DNA from: Moniliella sp. 'wahieum'
Taxonomy: Eukaryota
DNA: 64,000 bases
NCBI GenBank assembly: GCA_003971905.1
Contig: RSEE01000117.1
Coordinates: 124,001 to 188,000 of the forward strand
Direction of reading: 5' to 3'
Part shown: one piece after another, positions 24,101 through 37,203 of the stretch
Layout of the letters: every line of letters begins with the position of its first letter
How positions within the stretch are numbered: position 1 is the stretch's first letter
The notes under the pieces: model-generated
Database searches by the model: none
Told to the model about the DNA's origin: nothing
What the model saw: the letters and a program-made list of their open reading frames with translations, nothing else
Program-made: the position numbers and the translations under genes

Positions 24101-27013
24101 CTCCTGAACGCCACGCCGAACACCAAGTCAGGTACCGCATTCGCCACATCGGCGAGGGCCGTGTTGGCTTCCTTCCATAAGGGGCGGAGGTTGATCTTGA
24201 GTGTAGACACAAGCGCATCGACAATCATCTTCCTTGCCTCAGCACTGCCCTCCAGTGCTGTGCGTCCCAAAGCCTTGATCTTGACTTGGCGGTTGCGCAC
24301 AAGTTCGGCCTGGAGGGGAATCTGCTCCATGTCCCGCAGCTCGTTCACCAAGTGTTCCAAATCGCCAAGAGGGCTAAAAGTAGGACCTCCCAAGCGGCGG
24401 AGCGGATGCTGACGTCCGAGGCCATGGCCAGCGGGCGCAAGGCTGCGTACGTCACTTTTTCCTTAAACGCTTGCGGCAACTTGGGAGCCAACCTTGCCCT
24501 TGGAGGGCAATCAGCAAGTCGCGGAAAGCAAGGAAGAGCCGAGTATCGCCAGGTCCGGATTGGAGGGCAAGCTCGTAGCACTGTGGAATGAAGGATGAGG
24601 ATGAGAGGGCACTAAGCTCCACCCCCTCGACACGCTTGAACTCGAGATTACTCACAGCAGCCCCGAGGTGTGGGAGAAGGCCGGTGATGGCCTCCCTATT
24701 TTCGGCAGAAACTGCACAGGCGACCAGCCTGTCTAGGACAGTGACCAATGACGGGTTACTGTTCACCAGTGCTGCGCCGAGTTGGGCAGCTGGGAGCAAG
24801 CCTACCCGAACTGAGGGGCGACAGGCCTGTAGCCACGTAGCCCTCGAGAACAGTGAGGACGTACTTGGCCATAGTACGAACGAAACGGGCGGTGTTTGGG
24901 TTCGGAGTGGTGGGATGGAGGAGCGAATCGAGTTGCCCAGTTGGCATCAGCTTGGACAAGAGAAGAAGAACGTGTGGGTGTGTGCCTCGTCATCATTGCT
25001 GGATAGCTGGAGCGCTCGTTTTGTAATGACCGGCAGAGCGAATTGGGAGAACCAGTATACTCATTCACGGGGTCGGCTAGAGCAGCGAGGAGAGGAAGCA
25101 GTGCGTTGTCTGAGCTTGCGAGCGCGTCGAAAAATTTAACCACCACGGTCATCTGCTCCTGTATCCGGCCCGTCGGGATTAGGAAGACGGCGAGTTTGAT
25201 GAGGGTGGTGCGGAGCGGGTCCTCAGCCTTCCGTAGTGCGGTGGCGAGAGGCGCCAACATAGCGAAGAGGGGTGTCTTAATTGAGTCTAAGAATGGGTCA
25301 GTTAGTTGAATTTGGGAATGGACTCGAACGTACCATCAACACGTTTGCCTTTACGGATACCGACGCAGACGCACAAAGCCTGGGCTGAGGAAACAACCTC
25401 ATCAGAGGCGGCGCCACTCGTGTTGAACTCGGTGAGGGTACGGAGGAGGCGATCCAGGGTAAGCTGGATCAACTCGGTAAAAAACTTCGCTTTGGTTTCG
25501 TGTCCTAGGTTGGCAAGCATTAAGCGGGAGACAAGCGAACGGACGTCTGCATAACCCGAATCCGGCGCTGGGTCGAGCATGGTGGACGCGATGCCCACGG
25601 CATTAGTATTCAAGCCGTCGTCAACCGACTGCAGCTGGTCAGCATCTGAAGCAGAACACGAAGAAAACAACATACCTTGCAAGCGTCTGCCCAAGCACCC
25701 GCAATGCCACGGGCAAAGGTAAGAATGTTCCGGACTACCCTCCTTCCGGCTGCACTTGTTTCCCCCTGCTCCCCGCGGGCCGCAAGCATCTCGCTCAAGT
25801 CGGCCAGCATAAGTGACGCCAGAGTAGCGTTGCGGGACTTGACCACGTTGGCGGCACGGTCAGACATGGCTAGTTGATCCCCGATCCGAATGAGGTGCGC
25901 GAGAGCTTCACTAGAAAAGCGACGAACGTGCGGGCTGACCTTAACCTTGCGAGCGAGATAAGAATGCGTCCGTTTCTCCTTCTCAGCGTCGTCCTCTTCT
26001 TCGTCGTCATCGTCATCATCCTCTTGTAGATCCTCCTCCTCCCCATCATTCTCTCCTCCTCCTCGTCATCGCCACGAGCTGGCAAGGGTTGTGTAGCGGG
26101 CCCAGTCGAGGGAGGGGGAACAAATCCGAGGTACTGTCTCAAGATGCGCCAAGTGTCGGCACGACATTGGTCTGCGCTAGGCTCGGTGGATCGCAGCATC
26201 CACGGCCCCATGATCTTCAAGAGCGCTGTGGCGCACACAAACGCGCGTTCAACCAGATCGGCTGCAGCCGCTTCGTCGCCTTCTGTCCAAGTTTTTTGAA
26301 CCTGACCGGCGAGGCTGAGGGCGGCCTCAAGCGCAGCAGGGTAGAGACGGGGCAAACTCTTCGCCACCGCCCAAATCAAGGGCCAAACGAGGAAAGAGGT
26401 CCAGACCAGTGTCAAAGCCATGGCGATGGCCCGACCCCTTTTCTCCGGGCGCCAGGTTTCCCACATCGGGGGGAGCGAGGAGGGTGAGCAAGGCTTCGCT
26501 AATTTCCTCGCGATGGTGAAGAAGGAGCGGGAGACTGCCGCTCCATGGGGTAACCAGGGCACTGAATTCGGAAAATGCAACCGAGGTTCAGTTCGGCCCA
26601 TCCGGCCAGAGCGGCGCCAAAGCGGGTGGAATACATGTCGTCTGTGTCCGGCGGGGCGGTGAGCGGATCCAGGCCGGCGGTTGGGCGCGAAGTTGCGCCG
26701 GTGAAGCGGTCGAGCTTAATGTTGGCGAGGCGGTGGTTGAAGGAACGGTAGCGGTGGACACGAGCCAGGCTCTGATCGTCCTGGGACGCATGCGAGGGCC
26801 TGGGGCTTGGGCCTGGGCCAAGATGCGGTCGGCACGCAAGGCAGCCGAAGGCCCGGCGTGGCGCTTGGCTGCGTACCCGCCGCGCGCGGCGGCCGCCTTG
26901 GCGCGGGCCTGCTGCTCGGCCTGGAGTTGCTTGGCAAACGCAGCCTGGCGCGTCTTCTTCTTGCCCGCGTCCCGGCCCTTGGAAGCTGCCTTCTGGCCCT
27001 TCTGCACGGCCAT
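18140..27013 (-). CDS. UTP20: U3 snoRNA-associated protein 20 (SSU processome HEAT-repeat protein), many indels
   Basis: About 8.9 kb helical-repeat gene. N-terminal HRYRSFNHRLANIKLD; LNAYDPKLLDEIDIDRRLDAF; FFENVYHIQ; FLLDYPHGK...LSYEFEAGRLSVLELL; C-terminal TDPAQAARRR...RKRK. Confidence 0.9.
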
Positions 27014-27284
27014 GGGGGGGTCGGGTGGTGTGGGTGGTGTGATGGGGGGGCTGGGGGAGACGGAGACGGCTGCTGCTGGAGCGCCGAGCTGTCGAAGAAA
27101 AAAATTTAAACACGCCCCAGCGGCCGCTGCACGTTTCAACGTTCAAATCGGCGGCCACCACCCGCTTTGCACCGACACCCCCCACGTGACGTCGCACGCA
27201 GGAATGCAGCATTCCGCCCGATTGCTTTTTTTTCTGTAAAGCACCCTCGCTCATCAGTCTGCCATAGCCCTCCACCCATCCGCC
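27014..27284. promoter_or_regulatory. Short bidirectional promoter shared by UTP20 and KRI1
   Basis: Divergent ATGs are about 270 bp apart. RRPE-like GAAAAAAATTT at 27097-27107, PAC-like GCTCATC at 27249-27255, CACGTG at 27183. Confidence 0.5.
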
Positions 27285-29464
27285 ATGGCCAAGAAGGAAC
27301 TGCTGGCCTCCGACTCGTCCGACTCGGACGCCGAGGTGGGCTTACGATCAACAAGGAGTACGCCAAGAAGCACCAGCACCAGCAGGAGCTTGCCGAGCGG
27401 TTCCGTCTGGAGGCCAAGTACGGCAAGCAACCGCCGCAGACCTGTCCGAGTCCGAGTCCGACTCGGAGGAGGACGTGACGGAGGATGAAGACGGGGAGCA
27501 GGTCACGGCCGATGTGGATGCCGCCATCCTACGCACGCTCATCAAGATCCGAAGGGGCGACAAGGATGTGTACGACCCTTCTGTCCGCCTGTTCGATCGG
27601 GAGCGGCAGAGCCTTGGCCCTGCCCCGACCTCGGCCCAGCCTGCCCGAGGCAAAAAGCTCACGCTCGCCGCCATGCAGCGGGAGCGCTTCGCGAACTGGC
27701 GACAGATGAGGCGCATGCTGCTGAACGTCTGGCCGAGGCAAGCATCCACCCTAGCAAGCGTCTCGGAGATGAGGCCAAGCCGGCTCCGCCCACGCACGCA
27801 CAGGAGGAGGAGGCGCTGCGGCGTGAAACGCTCGCTGCCTTCCATGCGCCCCTGAGGATGAGGGAGAAGATGGGCTGTTCACCAAGCGCACTCATGAGGA
27901 AGGTGGGAGCTACCGTGACTATCTTCTTGAGGCCTTGGGGGGCGACAGGCCGCTGTCGATGCGGCGTTGAAAGAGCGCTCGAGGAAGCACAGCGGGTTAT
28001 TGTGCCTCTGGAATCCCGGGAGGGAGACGAGGAGTCCAGTGCGCCTGCTGCCAACCAGGCGGAGAAAGACCAGGAGTTCCTCATGAAAATACTTGAACGG
28101 GGGTGGGTGGAGAAGGCGCCTTCAGGGACTGGGATTGCTGAGCAGCCGAACTCGAGTCGGATGCGTCCTTGCCTCCCATGCGGACGAGTGGGAAAATGAG
28201 TTCAACATGCGGTATGAGAATGGGGACGGGACGGCGGTGCCCACGTTTAGCCGGAACGCGGCCGCTGTTAACTCGGTGCGGAGGGAGGAGAGCAAGCGCA
28301 AGCGTCAACGTGAGGAACGCAACGCTCGCAAAGCCGCCGAGAAGCAAGAGCGGATGCAGGAGATTGAACGTTTGCAGCATCTCAAACGCAAACAGATCCT
28401 TGAGCGGGTGGAACAGTTGCGTCTTGCCACTGGAAACCAGAACATTAATGTCGAAGATTTGGATCTCGAGGGTGAGTTTGACCCGAGCGCCCACGACAAG
28501 GCGATGGACAAGGCGTTTGACGAGGCGTATTATGAGGAGGAAGAGCCTGCGGAAGGAGGGCTCACGTTCGATGCCGATGGGAAACCGGTATGGGAGGACG
28601 ACATTGATATTGGGGACATTCTGCGGGAAGAGGAAGAGTACGAGCGTGCGCACACTACCTCAAGGAGCGCCGCCAGCAGGCCAAGGCGGACAAGAAGAGT
28701 AAGAAGGAGAGTAAAAAGGCGGGACAAACTGCCGCTGCGCTGGAGCCTGAGGGGGAGGGCTACGAGGGCGAAGACGAGCGTATCGAGATGGACGCTGACT
28801 TTGTCGGTAGTGCCGCACCTACGGGCGGATTCAGCGAACTTGTCCAAGAAGGAGCGCAAGAAGCTCAAGAAAAAGGCCAAGAAGGAAGAAAAGCAGGCCG
28901 CGCCAATCCCATCCAGAGGCAGGGGTGGATGAGGACGAGATGGATGCAGACCGTCATCCGTCCAAGCCCATGCCACAGACGGAGGAGGACCTCGCTGGCC
29001 TTTCCCCCGAGGAGAGGAAGAAGGCCATCAGCCGGATGCTGGATGAGTACTACCAGACCGGAGCGGAAGACGTGATTGGGGGCATGCCCACACGGTTCAA
29101 GTATGTGGAGGTACCCAAGGGTTCATATGGTATGTCGGCCGTTGAGATTCTGTTGGCGGACGATAAGGATTTGAACGAGGTGGTGGGCGTCAAGCATCTT
29201 CAACCCTACCGTCGCGAGATTGGCAAGTCGACCCGCCCCAGTTCCTCAGCCGCAAGCTGAAGGACTTCCGCCAAAACCTTGCGACGCGGTACGACGATGG
29301 CTCCGGTCTGGGGCGCCTTCTCTAAGGCCACCACCTCGACCCACAACGAGGACGAGGGTACGGGGGAGAAGAAGAAGCGCAAGGGAAAGAAACAGCGCGA
29401 GCTGGAGAAGAAGCGCAAGGCCGAGCAAGATGAAGCGCGGCCCGAGAAGAAGTCCAAGCACTAG
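27285..29464 (+). CDS. KRI1: KRI1-like 40S biogenesis protein
   Basis: INKEYAKK...EAKYG; EDEDGEQVTADVDAAILRTLIKIR; FNMRYE; FKYVEVPKGSYGMSAVEILLADDKDLNEVVGVKHLQPYR (Kri1 C-terminal motif). Confidence 0.93.
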
Positions 29465-29568
29465 ATGCGATATAGGCTTCTCCGAACAGCGATTATTTCG
29501 CCTATGCATTCGTGTTCCTATAAATGTTCCTATAAAAGTGTGTGGAGTCATGCAATGCGAGTTGATTT

Positions 29569-32500
29569 CTACTGTCCGATCTGGGCGTGCATCCCATAGA
29601 CCACCTCACGCACCGCGACCAAGTCCTGACCTACATTACCCTCAACAATGATCTGGGGCCATGCTCCGACGCTTCGTCGCCACCAGCCTTGCGAATTGTC
29701 ACGGCCTCGGCCCGAGCCGAAGTACTGGTAGAACGGTTGTTGCGCCAGCCGGCGACCAAGAGTCCGTCTCCAGCAAACTCGGCCGGCACACGGGAACGAG
29801 CGAGACGTGCCTTGAGCGCAGAGAGACGTAGGTCCCCGATCAGCATCGTCGACGGCACTCGTGAAGGGGCCAGCTTGATTTGAACGCTGGACTCGTCCTT
29901 CTCCTCGTCCTTAACCTCAGAGGTAGTAGACGGCTTGGCGTCATCACCTGTGTCCTCTGGCTTTTCCTGCTTGGACGGTTGCTCCGCTCCCGCAGGAGAA
30001 GCAACCTTGGGTTCGGCGCTGTTTTCGCCTTCCCCCTTGTCCTCGGCCTTGTCATCAGTTTGTCCTCAGCTTTGTCCTCAGCCTTGTCCTCAGTCTTGTC
30101 CTCAGTCTTGTCCTCAGTCTTGTCCTCAGTCTTGTCCTCAGTCTTGTCCTCAGTCTTATCCTCAGTCTTTCCCTCCTTATCCTGAGCGGTCGGTTGGGGC
30201 TCGGCGGGGTTCTCAGCCTCTGTTCCTGCCGGCTCCTTATTCTCCTCGCCCTCTTGCACAGCTTCGTCATCTTCGATCCAAGCCAGGCTAGGCAGTCCAT
30301 TGGCGGGGTTGGTCCGGCCCACCCAGCGGGCGGTAAGACGAGCCAGTTCGTAGTCTTCAAACCTTGACCATTTGAGGTGGCCGAGAAGACGGTTCTGAAG
30401 GTTGACACTCAAGCTCTTGGTGAGGCCATCGTCGGCGCTGGTCGTGATCACCGTTTGGGCCCCAAGAGGAGGTGCCCAGATATGGTGTGTCATTCCCTTG
30501 ATGGCCAAAAGCGTGTCGCGCACTTCGGAGCGTGTAGACGCATCTCCACCAACCAAGACCAGTCGGCGCGGCTGCAGCTGCGGCAAGAGGTACGCCAACG
30601 CCTTGCCATCTCCCAGCCCAGCATTATCCACGTACCCCCTGGCACACGAGCCGGAGCGGACAATCGTACTGCGTCCCATACTTGGCCGGCGCAAACTTCT
30701 TCGCTCTGGCCTTGGCAGCGGCACGTTTGCGTTCTTCTTCTTCGCGTGCGCGCAGTCGTTCCAGCCGAGCCAGTTCGCGGCTATCGGTCGGCTGACCTGA
30801 CAGCTCCTCTGCCCGTTTGATCCAGCGCGACTTATCGATCAGTTCGCCGTACGCATCCATCCGCCTGCGTTTCTCCACGGTAGGTACCATGCGGTACCGG
30901 ACCCCTGCCGCGCCCCCCGCACGACCCGACCAAAAGGAGACAATCTTGCCGGCCTCACCACGAACATACACATCCGAAACCAGGTCCCGTACCGAATCCT
31001 TGACCAGCGCCTGACTTGCCCGCCGTTTCTGTGGCACGACACCCACCGACGGCTGGTCTAGGTCACCCGCCAATGGCTCTGGTGTCGCCTCACCCTCCGC
31101 GTCCGAACCGGACGAATCCGAGTCGGATGCTTCCTCCTCCTCCTTCTCTGCTTGCATCCGACGCCGGGAGCGAGCAACAAGCGAACGGCGCTGGGCTGCC
31201 TTGGCACGCGTTGCAGCCAGCGCTTCCTCGTACGCGGTCAGCTCAGCACCCCGCAACTTGATGCGAGAATACACGTCCACATGGAGCGTGAATTCGCTGG
31301 TTGGGACGGGAGCACCCAAGGGGGGAGGCACAGCGTCTGATCTGACTCGAGGGGCAGAGCCGAGTCCTGGCCTAAAGCCACTGGGTGCCTAACACGCCGC
31401 CCTTTCCCCACTTGGCTTCCGGTCGCTGCCGTTTCTTCCCATTCGTCCCAAAGCGCACGCAGGGGAGAGTGTGCTTCTCCCCGCGCAGTGAGCAGGATTA
31501 GGTCGCGGGTATCGCCAGCAGCTGAAAAGCGGGTGATGAGTTCCAGCGCGGGCCCATGGAAGCCAGATTGATGCACAGCCAGCACAACTTTCGGCAGACC
31601 GGGTGGCAGTTCTTCCTGCATTGCCGCCACGGAGGGGAACACGCGCACATTTCTAAAAAAAAAAAAAAGTCAGTTCTTTCTCTCTATCCACCCTGTGCAG
31701 GAAAGTGGAACGTACTTGAAATCCAGTGGAGACGACACAGCGTCCTTCTGGAGTTGGTGTTTGGACTTGGGTTTGCTCTCGTCGTGGCGGTCGGTTGATG
31801 CCCATTCCCTTGTAGTCCATTCCATCAGCGTCCGTGCCCGTTCCAGTGTTTCCGCTCCCGAGGGAGAGACGAAGCAAAGGTGAGGTCGGGGGCCCGGGGC
31901 ACCCCAAGCACGGTTGTCGTACGTGGTAGCCCAATGCTGGTCGAACAGCACGAGCAGCTCCAACGTCCGTGCCGAAGGGTCGACGGGAAGGATGACACTC
32001 CCACCTCGGTTGACGGCGTCGGTGACCCAGCCCAGCAATGCCGAGTCTCGCTCCTTGCGTTGAGGTTGGTGATCCGTCCTCGGCCGATTGAGGTGACGAG
32101 AACGTCGGCGCGGAAGAGCTCAGCGCCTTTGGAAGCATCTCCCGAGTGGGGCATGAGAGCAGCCCCATCCAAATGGCGCTCGCGGTTATGATTCCAGTCG
32201 AGAGCAAAGAGGATGGTGCCCTGATCGGGAGAGCGGAGTTTCCATAGAGCGCCACCCAGCGAGTGGCCCGCATTGTACGCCGTTAGCGTCGTTCCTGCCA
32301 GCCCGTCAGAAGAGAAGCGATGGGGCTGGAGGAATCGGAGCGCGGTGATATGATCAAATGTCTCGTCCACTTGTTGCTCCGTTGGCACACGCAGCCGTCG
32401 TCCACTCGCTGCTACACGTGTCCGCACCTCAGCCACGTGCACCCCTGCTGGATCGCGCTGGGCAGTGATGGTAGAAAGAGCCTGGGCATGGAGCCAGGCC

Positions 32501-33116
32501 TCCTCGGCGTCAGGGTCAACGTTCGGCCAGTGCGGGGGAACATCCTCCTTTTTCGCACTGAGCGCACCGGGTACGCCCGCTCAATGTCCAGTTCGTCGGC
32601 GACGCGCATCTCCAGGTCGACGTCGCGCTCGGCGCGGAGGGAGCGCACAGCAGAAAGAACAGTCATGCGGCCCATGGCCTGGGTGGCCATGGTGGAGAAG
32701 ATGGGGGCGGTGAGGCCAGCGTGGGCGCGTGCCCAGGCGAGGGTGCCAAGGTGGGCGAGGCTGCTGTGGGAGGGAGGACAAGGTCGATGGTGGGGGCGAT
32801 CTCGAGGAGGAGCTCGTCGAGGGGACGCTGGGCGGCATGGAGGATGCTCTCGGCGCCCTCCCAGCCGTGGGCGACGATGGGCGAAGGGGCGCTGGTGCTG
32901 GCGCGGGCAGCGCGCGCGCGGGTGCGGGGGTCGGCGGGGCGGCGGTGGGGCGGGCAAAGGAGAAGCACTCGGTGCCGCCGCAGCCGAGGAGGATGCGCGT
33001 GTCGTCGAGCTGGACGAGGTACGCGTACACCGCCGCCTGCTCGGCCTCGGCCTCGGGTGCGGCGCCGGGGCAGGCGCAGGTGCCCAGGGGCCGCTGAGCG
33101 GCGTGAGGGTGATCAT
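29569..33116 (-). CDS. CFT2: Cleavage and polyadenylation specificity factor subunit 2 (CPSF100, MBL/beta-CASP fold)
   Basis: MITLTPLSG; AYLVQLDDTRILLGCG; AYNAGHSLGGALWK; DWNHNRERHLDG; IGDLRLSALKARL...AEFAGDGLLV; C-terminal IVEGNVG...VREVVY. Intron about 31653-31716. Confidence 0.92.
30036..30170 (-). repeat. Coding 12-bp tandem repeat, (KTED)n, inside CPSF2
   Basis: (ttgtcctcagtc) repeated about 9-10 times. Confidence 0.9.
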
Positions 33117-33403
33117 CGGCGGTGGTGGTGGTGGTGGTGGTGGTGGTGCTTAGTGGGGGCCTCGATGGCGCTCACCGGTGGATGCGAGGGCAGCGGCTGA
33201 TGGTGTGTGTTACGTAATTCTTCTGCTACCAGGCTGGCGGATGAGGGTTTGGAGGTCCTGGTGGCAGCTGGTGGCTCCTCGTGGCTCCTCGTGGCTCCTC
33301 GTGGCGCCTGAGTGGGGCGGATGTTGCAGCCACACTAACCCCGCCCTTCTTCTTGCCTCGCACATTTGATCGCCCAACCAATCCCACCCAACCACCACCG
33401 CCC

Positions 33404-34446
33404 ATGTCTGCCGACACCCCCCAGCACCGCCTCCGCTACATCAAGAGCAGCACCGCCGCCCTCGTCTGCCCCAGCACCGCTGGCCAGGGCAAGGCCGGCG
33501 TCGAGCACGGCCCCAACGCGCTCATCGAGGCTGGCCTGCCTGCGCAGCTCGAGCAGCTTGGCTGGCACGTCGAGTTTGATGGCCACCAGGACTTTGCCAC
33601 GATTGCCACCCCCGAGTTCGTTGCCAGCGACACCGATCTCGACGGCATGAAGAAGCCCCGGACCGTGTCGGCGATCACCAAGCACGTGGCCGAGGTCGTT
33701 GCCGCCCACGCCACGCAGGGCAAGATTCCCGTCACGCTTGGTGGCGACCACAGTCTGGTGCGTTGCTCCCCCCGCTTCGTTTTGTCTGAGCTAACGCGCC
33801 AATGCGGCTGTTGCTAGGGTTTGGGCACTGTGCTTGGCACCCTCACTGCCCACCCCGACGCGGGCTTGATCTGGGTCGACGCTCATGCCGACATCAACAC
33901 GCCCAAGTCGACCGAGAGTGGCAACCTGCACGGCTGCCCCGTTTCCTTCCTGCTTGGGCTCAAGGACAGCCTGGTGCACCCGTTTGAGTGGCTGCCTGGT
34001 CCGGCAGGCAAGTTCCTCGACCCGAAGCGGCTCGTGTTTATTGGCCTACGGGATGTGGATGCGGGGGAGAAGCAGATCCTGCGCGAATACGGCATCAAGG
34101 CCTACTCGATGTTTGAGGTGGACAAGTATGGATTGGTGCGGTGGTGGACAAGGCGTTGGACTACCTCAACGACGGCGTGCAAGGCAAGCGTCAACGCCCC
34201 ATTCACCTCTCCTTTGATGTCGATGCCATGGACCCCACTGTCGCCGCCAGCACGGGGACCCCCGTTCGCGGAGGCCTCACCTTCCGCGAAGGCCATTTCA
34301 TCTGCGAGGCGCTGTACGAGACGGGCAATCTGGTTGCCATGGACATTATGGAGGTCAACCCTGCTCTTTCTCCCGAGAACGCAGAGGCAACCGTAGCGAT
34401 TGGCTGCTCCCTTGTCCGCGCTGCGTTGGGGGAGACGTTGCTCTAA
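33404..34446 (+). CDS. CAR1: Arginase (intron 33758-33817)
   Basis: [56 protein letters not shown]. Confidence 0.97.
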
Positions 34447-35941
34447 GGCTGAGCGCTGAGCCGCTGCGCGCTTACCGCAACCCGCGCTACCCCCCGCTTT
34501 ATCGGCCTCGCCTGCCCTTGTCCGTCATACTATTTGCAACAACTTGTCAAGTTCGCAATGCATTATCAAGTACTTGTCCACCACGTGTGCCGCTGGCCCG
34601 ATCCAATCCGGTTGGATGGGGGGTTGACGGCAGAACGGTGTTCGTATTCATACAACAACGTTTGAGGAGGCCACGAGAGGTGTGTGCTACGCAAACTAGA
34701 ACGAGATAGCATTTGCCAGGGACGTTTGATACCATTGCTGTCCCTATCGACTACCATCAGATCAAGCAGACCAGTAGACATTTTTGCTGTCACCATGTCA
34801 TTGACATCCCCCTGCCCTCGGACCAGACTGAGAATACTGCATGGCTACTGCACTGGCAGCCATCGATCTTGTGTCCGCTGTGGCACGATGAAAAGTAGTG
34901 CGAATGAGAGCGCAGCCTTCCTTGCACGCTGTGTCGATAGGCGGGTCGGGTGCCACGGGCGTGAGGTGTGCTGTGTGCTGGGTGGCGAGTCACTGGGGGT
35001 GTCGACGCAGGAGGAAGGTGGCGCAAGGGCGGGGCGGACGAGTGGATGGCCAAGGCAGGGCGACATGGATGGGGAGCGGGACGCGTTGGAGGGGAAGGCA
35101 GGTGTGCTGGGCCGGAGGGGCAGAGGCTGAGCCAGGAGAGTCGCAGTCCGCTGGCAGCTGTGGCCAGAGTGACTAGTGACCCGTGGCATGCGGCCGTACA
35201 CTCTAACTCAGGCGAATTATGGTGCGCATCAAAATGCGTGGGTTGCTAGGGTGTGGATTCGCTTGCCCCAGTCGCGCCGTCGTACGCACGTCCGTCCCAT
35301 CCCTCCTGGCGGTGGGCCCACCGCCGCCGCCTAGAGAGCAGCAGCGCCCTTCTTGCCCGCCAGATCCGGGCGCCACGCCACGCAACCAAGCGGGCAAGCG
35401 GACGAGTGGACGCACGCGTGGACCGTACTGGTAACGCCCACGACTGGGAGAGCAGCCGGCAGCGCGCTAGGCTGGCACTGTCTACTAGTACGCTTGGACG
35501 TCCCTCTGCCACTCAACCACGCTCCCCCTCCCTCGGCCTCATGGCGTCGCCATCGAGTATCCTATATCATCATCGCTTACTAGTTACTTCCCCGTTGCGA
35601 ATCCTGCCAGTTCCTGCATCCTGTACGACTGGCCCTACCCCCCCCCCCCAGGCACAACCTAGCACCCCCCCGCATCGTACACCGTACTAGACAGCCACTG
35701 TGCCTCCCCAAAGAAGAAGAGGTTCACAACCCCCGCCCTGCGCGTGATCCTACGAGGAACATGATCTGTGCCCAACCAGGCCAAATTAGCACACAGCCAT
35801 GTAAGACACCCACCCCCCGCTTGTCTCCCCAGCACATATCTTGCACGCTTGATCAGCCGCGCCCTCGTTTCCCTCTCTCCCTCTCTTCTTCCCTCTGCCC
35901 TCCCCACCACCACCCCTGCGCCTCGCTCCTACCTGCCCCGC

Positions 35942-36689
35942 CTGCCTGCCCCAAGACTGCTGCGCCCAAGAAACCCGATGCGCTCTCCTACGAGGTACGT
36001 GCTCTGCTTCGCGTGCCGTTGGGGCGCCCTGCGCTCGCCGCGCGCCTGAGGCTGTGGGAACGACAAGGGACAAGTTTGCCACCCTGGACTCTGGCGCTGC
36101 CTTGCTGTCTCGCTGCTCAATATTCAATGCTCAATGCTCAATGCTCGGTACTGACACGCTCCCTGGCTGATGCAGGCAATGATCAAGGAAGCGATTCTTG
36201 CTCACCCGGAAGCCGCGCGGCTGGGCTGTCGCGTCAGCTGCTCAAGAAGTGGATTCAGGCGCAGCACCCGACCACGGCCCAGCGCCCCGCAGCTACCTTT
36301 AGCGGACTGGTTGCTCGCGCCATTGCCAAGGGCGCGGAGAAGCATGTGTTCCTCCTCCCCAAGGGCCCGGCCGGCAAGGTCAAGCTGGCTCCGACCGCCA
36401 AGGTCGCAGTAAAGAAGGTGCCGTCCAAGTCGGCTGGGCCAAAGAAGGCTGAGAAGAAGACAGCTAAAAAGACGTCGAGCACGACAAAGAAGGCCGTTCG
36501 ACCAAGAAGGCGGGTACGAAGGCTAAGACTCAGACCAAGGCTAAGGCTAAGCCTACCACGACCAAGGCCAAGGCCAAGTCCACCACGACCAAGGCGCCCA
36601 AGGCCAAGGCGCCCAAGGCCAAGGCCAAGACTGCCAAGGCTGCCAAGCCCGTCAAAGCCGCGCCCAAGGCAAAGAAGGTGGCGGCCTAG
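35942..36689 (+). CDS. Linker histone H1 (intron 35995-36175; start codon not intact in this sequence)
   Basis: Globular H15 domain SYE|AMIKEAI...SRQLLKKWI...AIAKGAEKHVFLLPKGPAGKVKL followed by a K/A/T/P-rich tail. Confidence 0.88.
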
Positions 36690-37203
36690 GTCGTACGAGC
36701 CTTGGGTCTGCTCTTGTCGTTTGACCAGCGTGGCTCGATCGACTTGGGTTCGCGCGTGATCCGTCTGTGTACTATTTTTCCTTTCTCCTGCCTCCTTTCG
36801 CCTTTCGCCTTCGCCTTTCGCCTCCCTCTGTTCCCCTTCTGTCCTACCCTTTCCCCTCCTCCTTGGTGACATCCGTTCTCACTCCTGTACTATGTACTAC
36901 TTCATCCGCCTCCCCTTATGCTCTGTTCCGTCTGCACAAGATGGACTGGGGTTCATTTATAGAGCAGACTAGCTAGATCGTGGGCGCGAGAGCAAGGCAG
37001 CTGCCTACTACCGTTACTACCGTTCAAGCTTCAATGGCATTGGCTCGGTACCGTGCCGAGGCAAGGGACTAGGGCGATCAAATCAAATCAAATCAAATCT
37101 AACCAGGAGTAGTACATGGCAAGAAGGGAATAGAGGAGGAGATACAACAAGGCCACAAATCAGGTCCCAGTCCCAAAGGGAGGGTGCAGCTGCTCGAGAC
37201 GAG

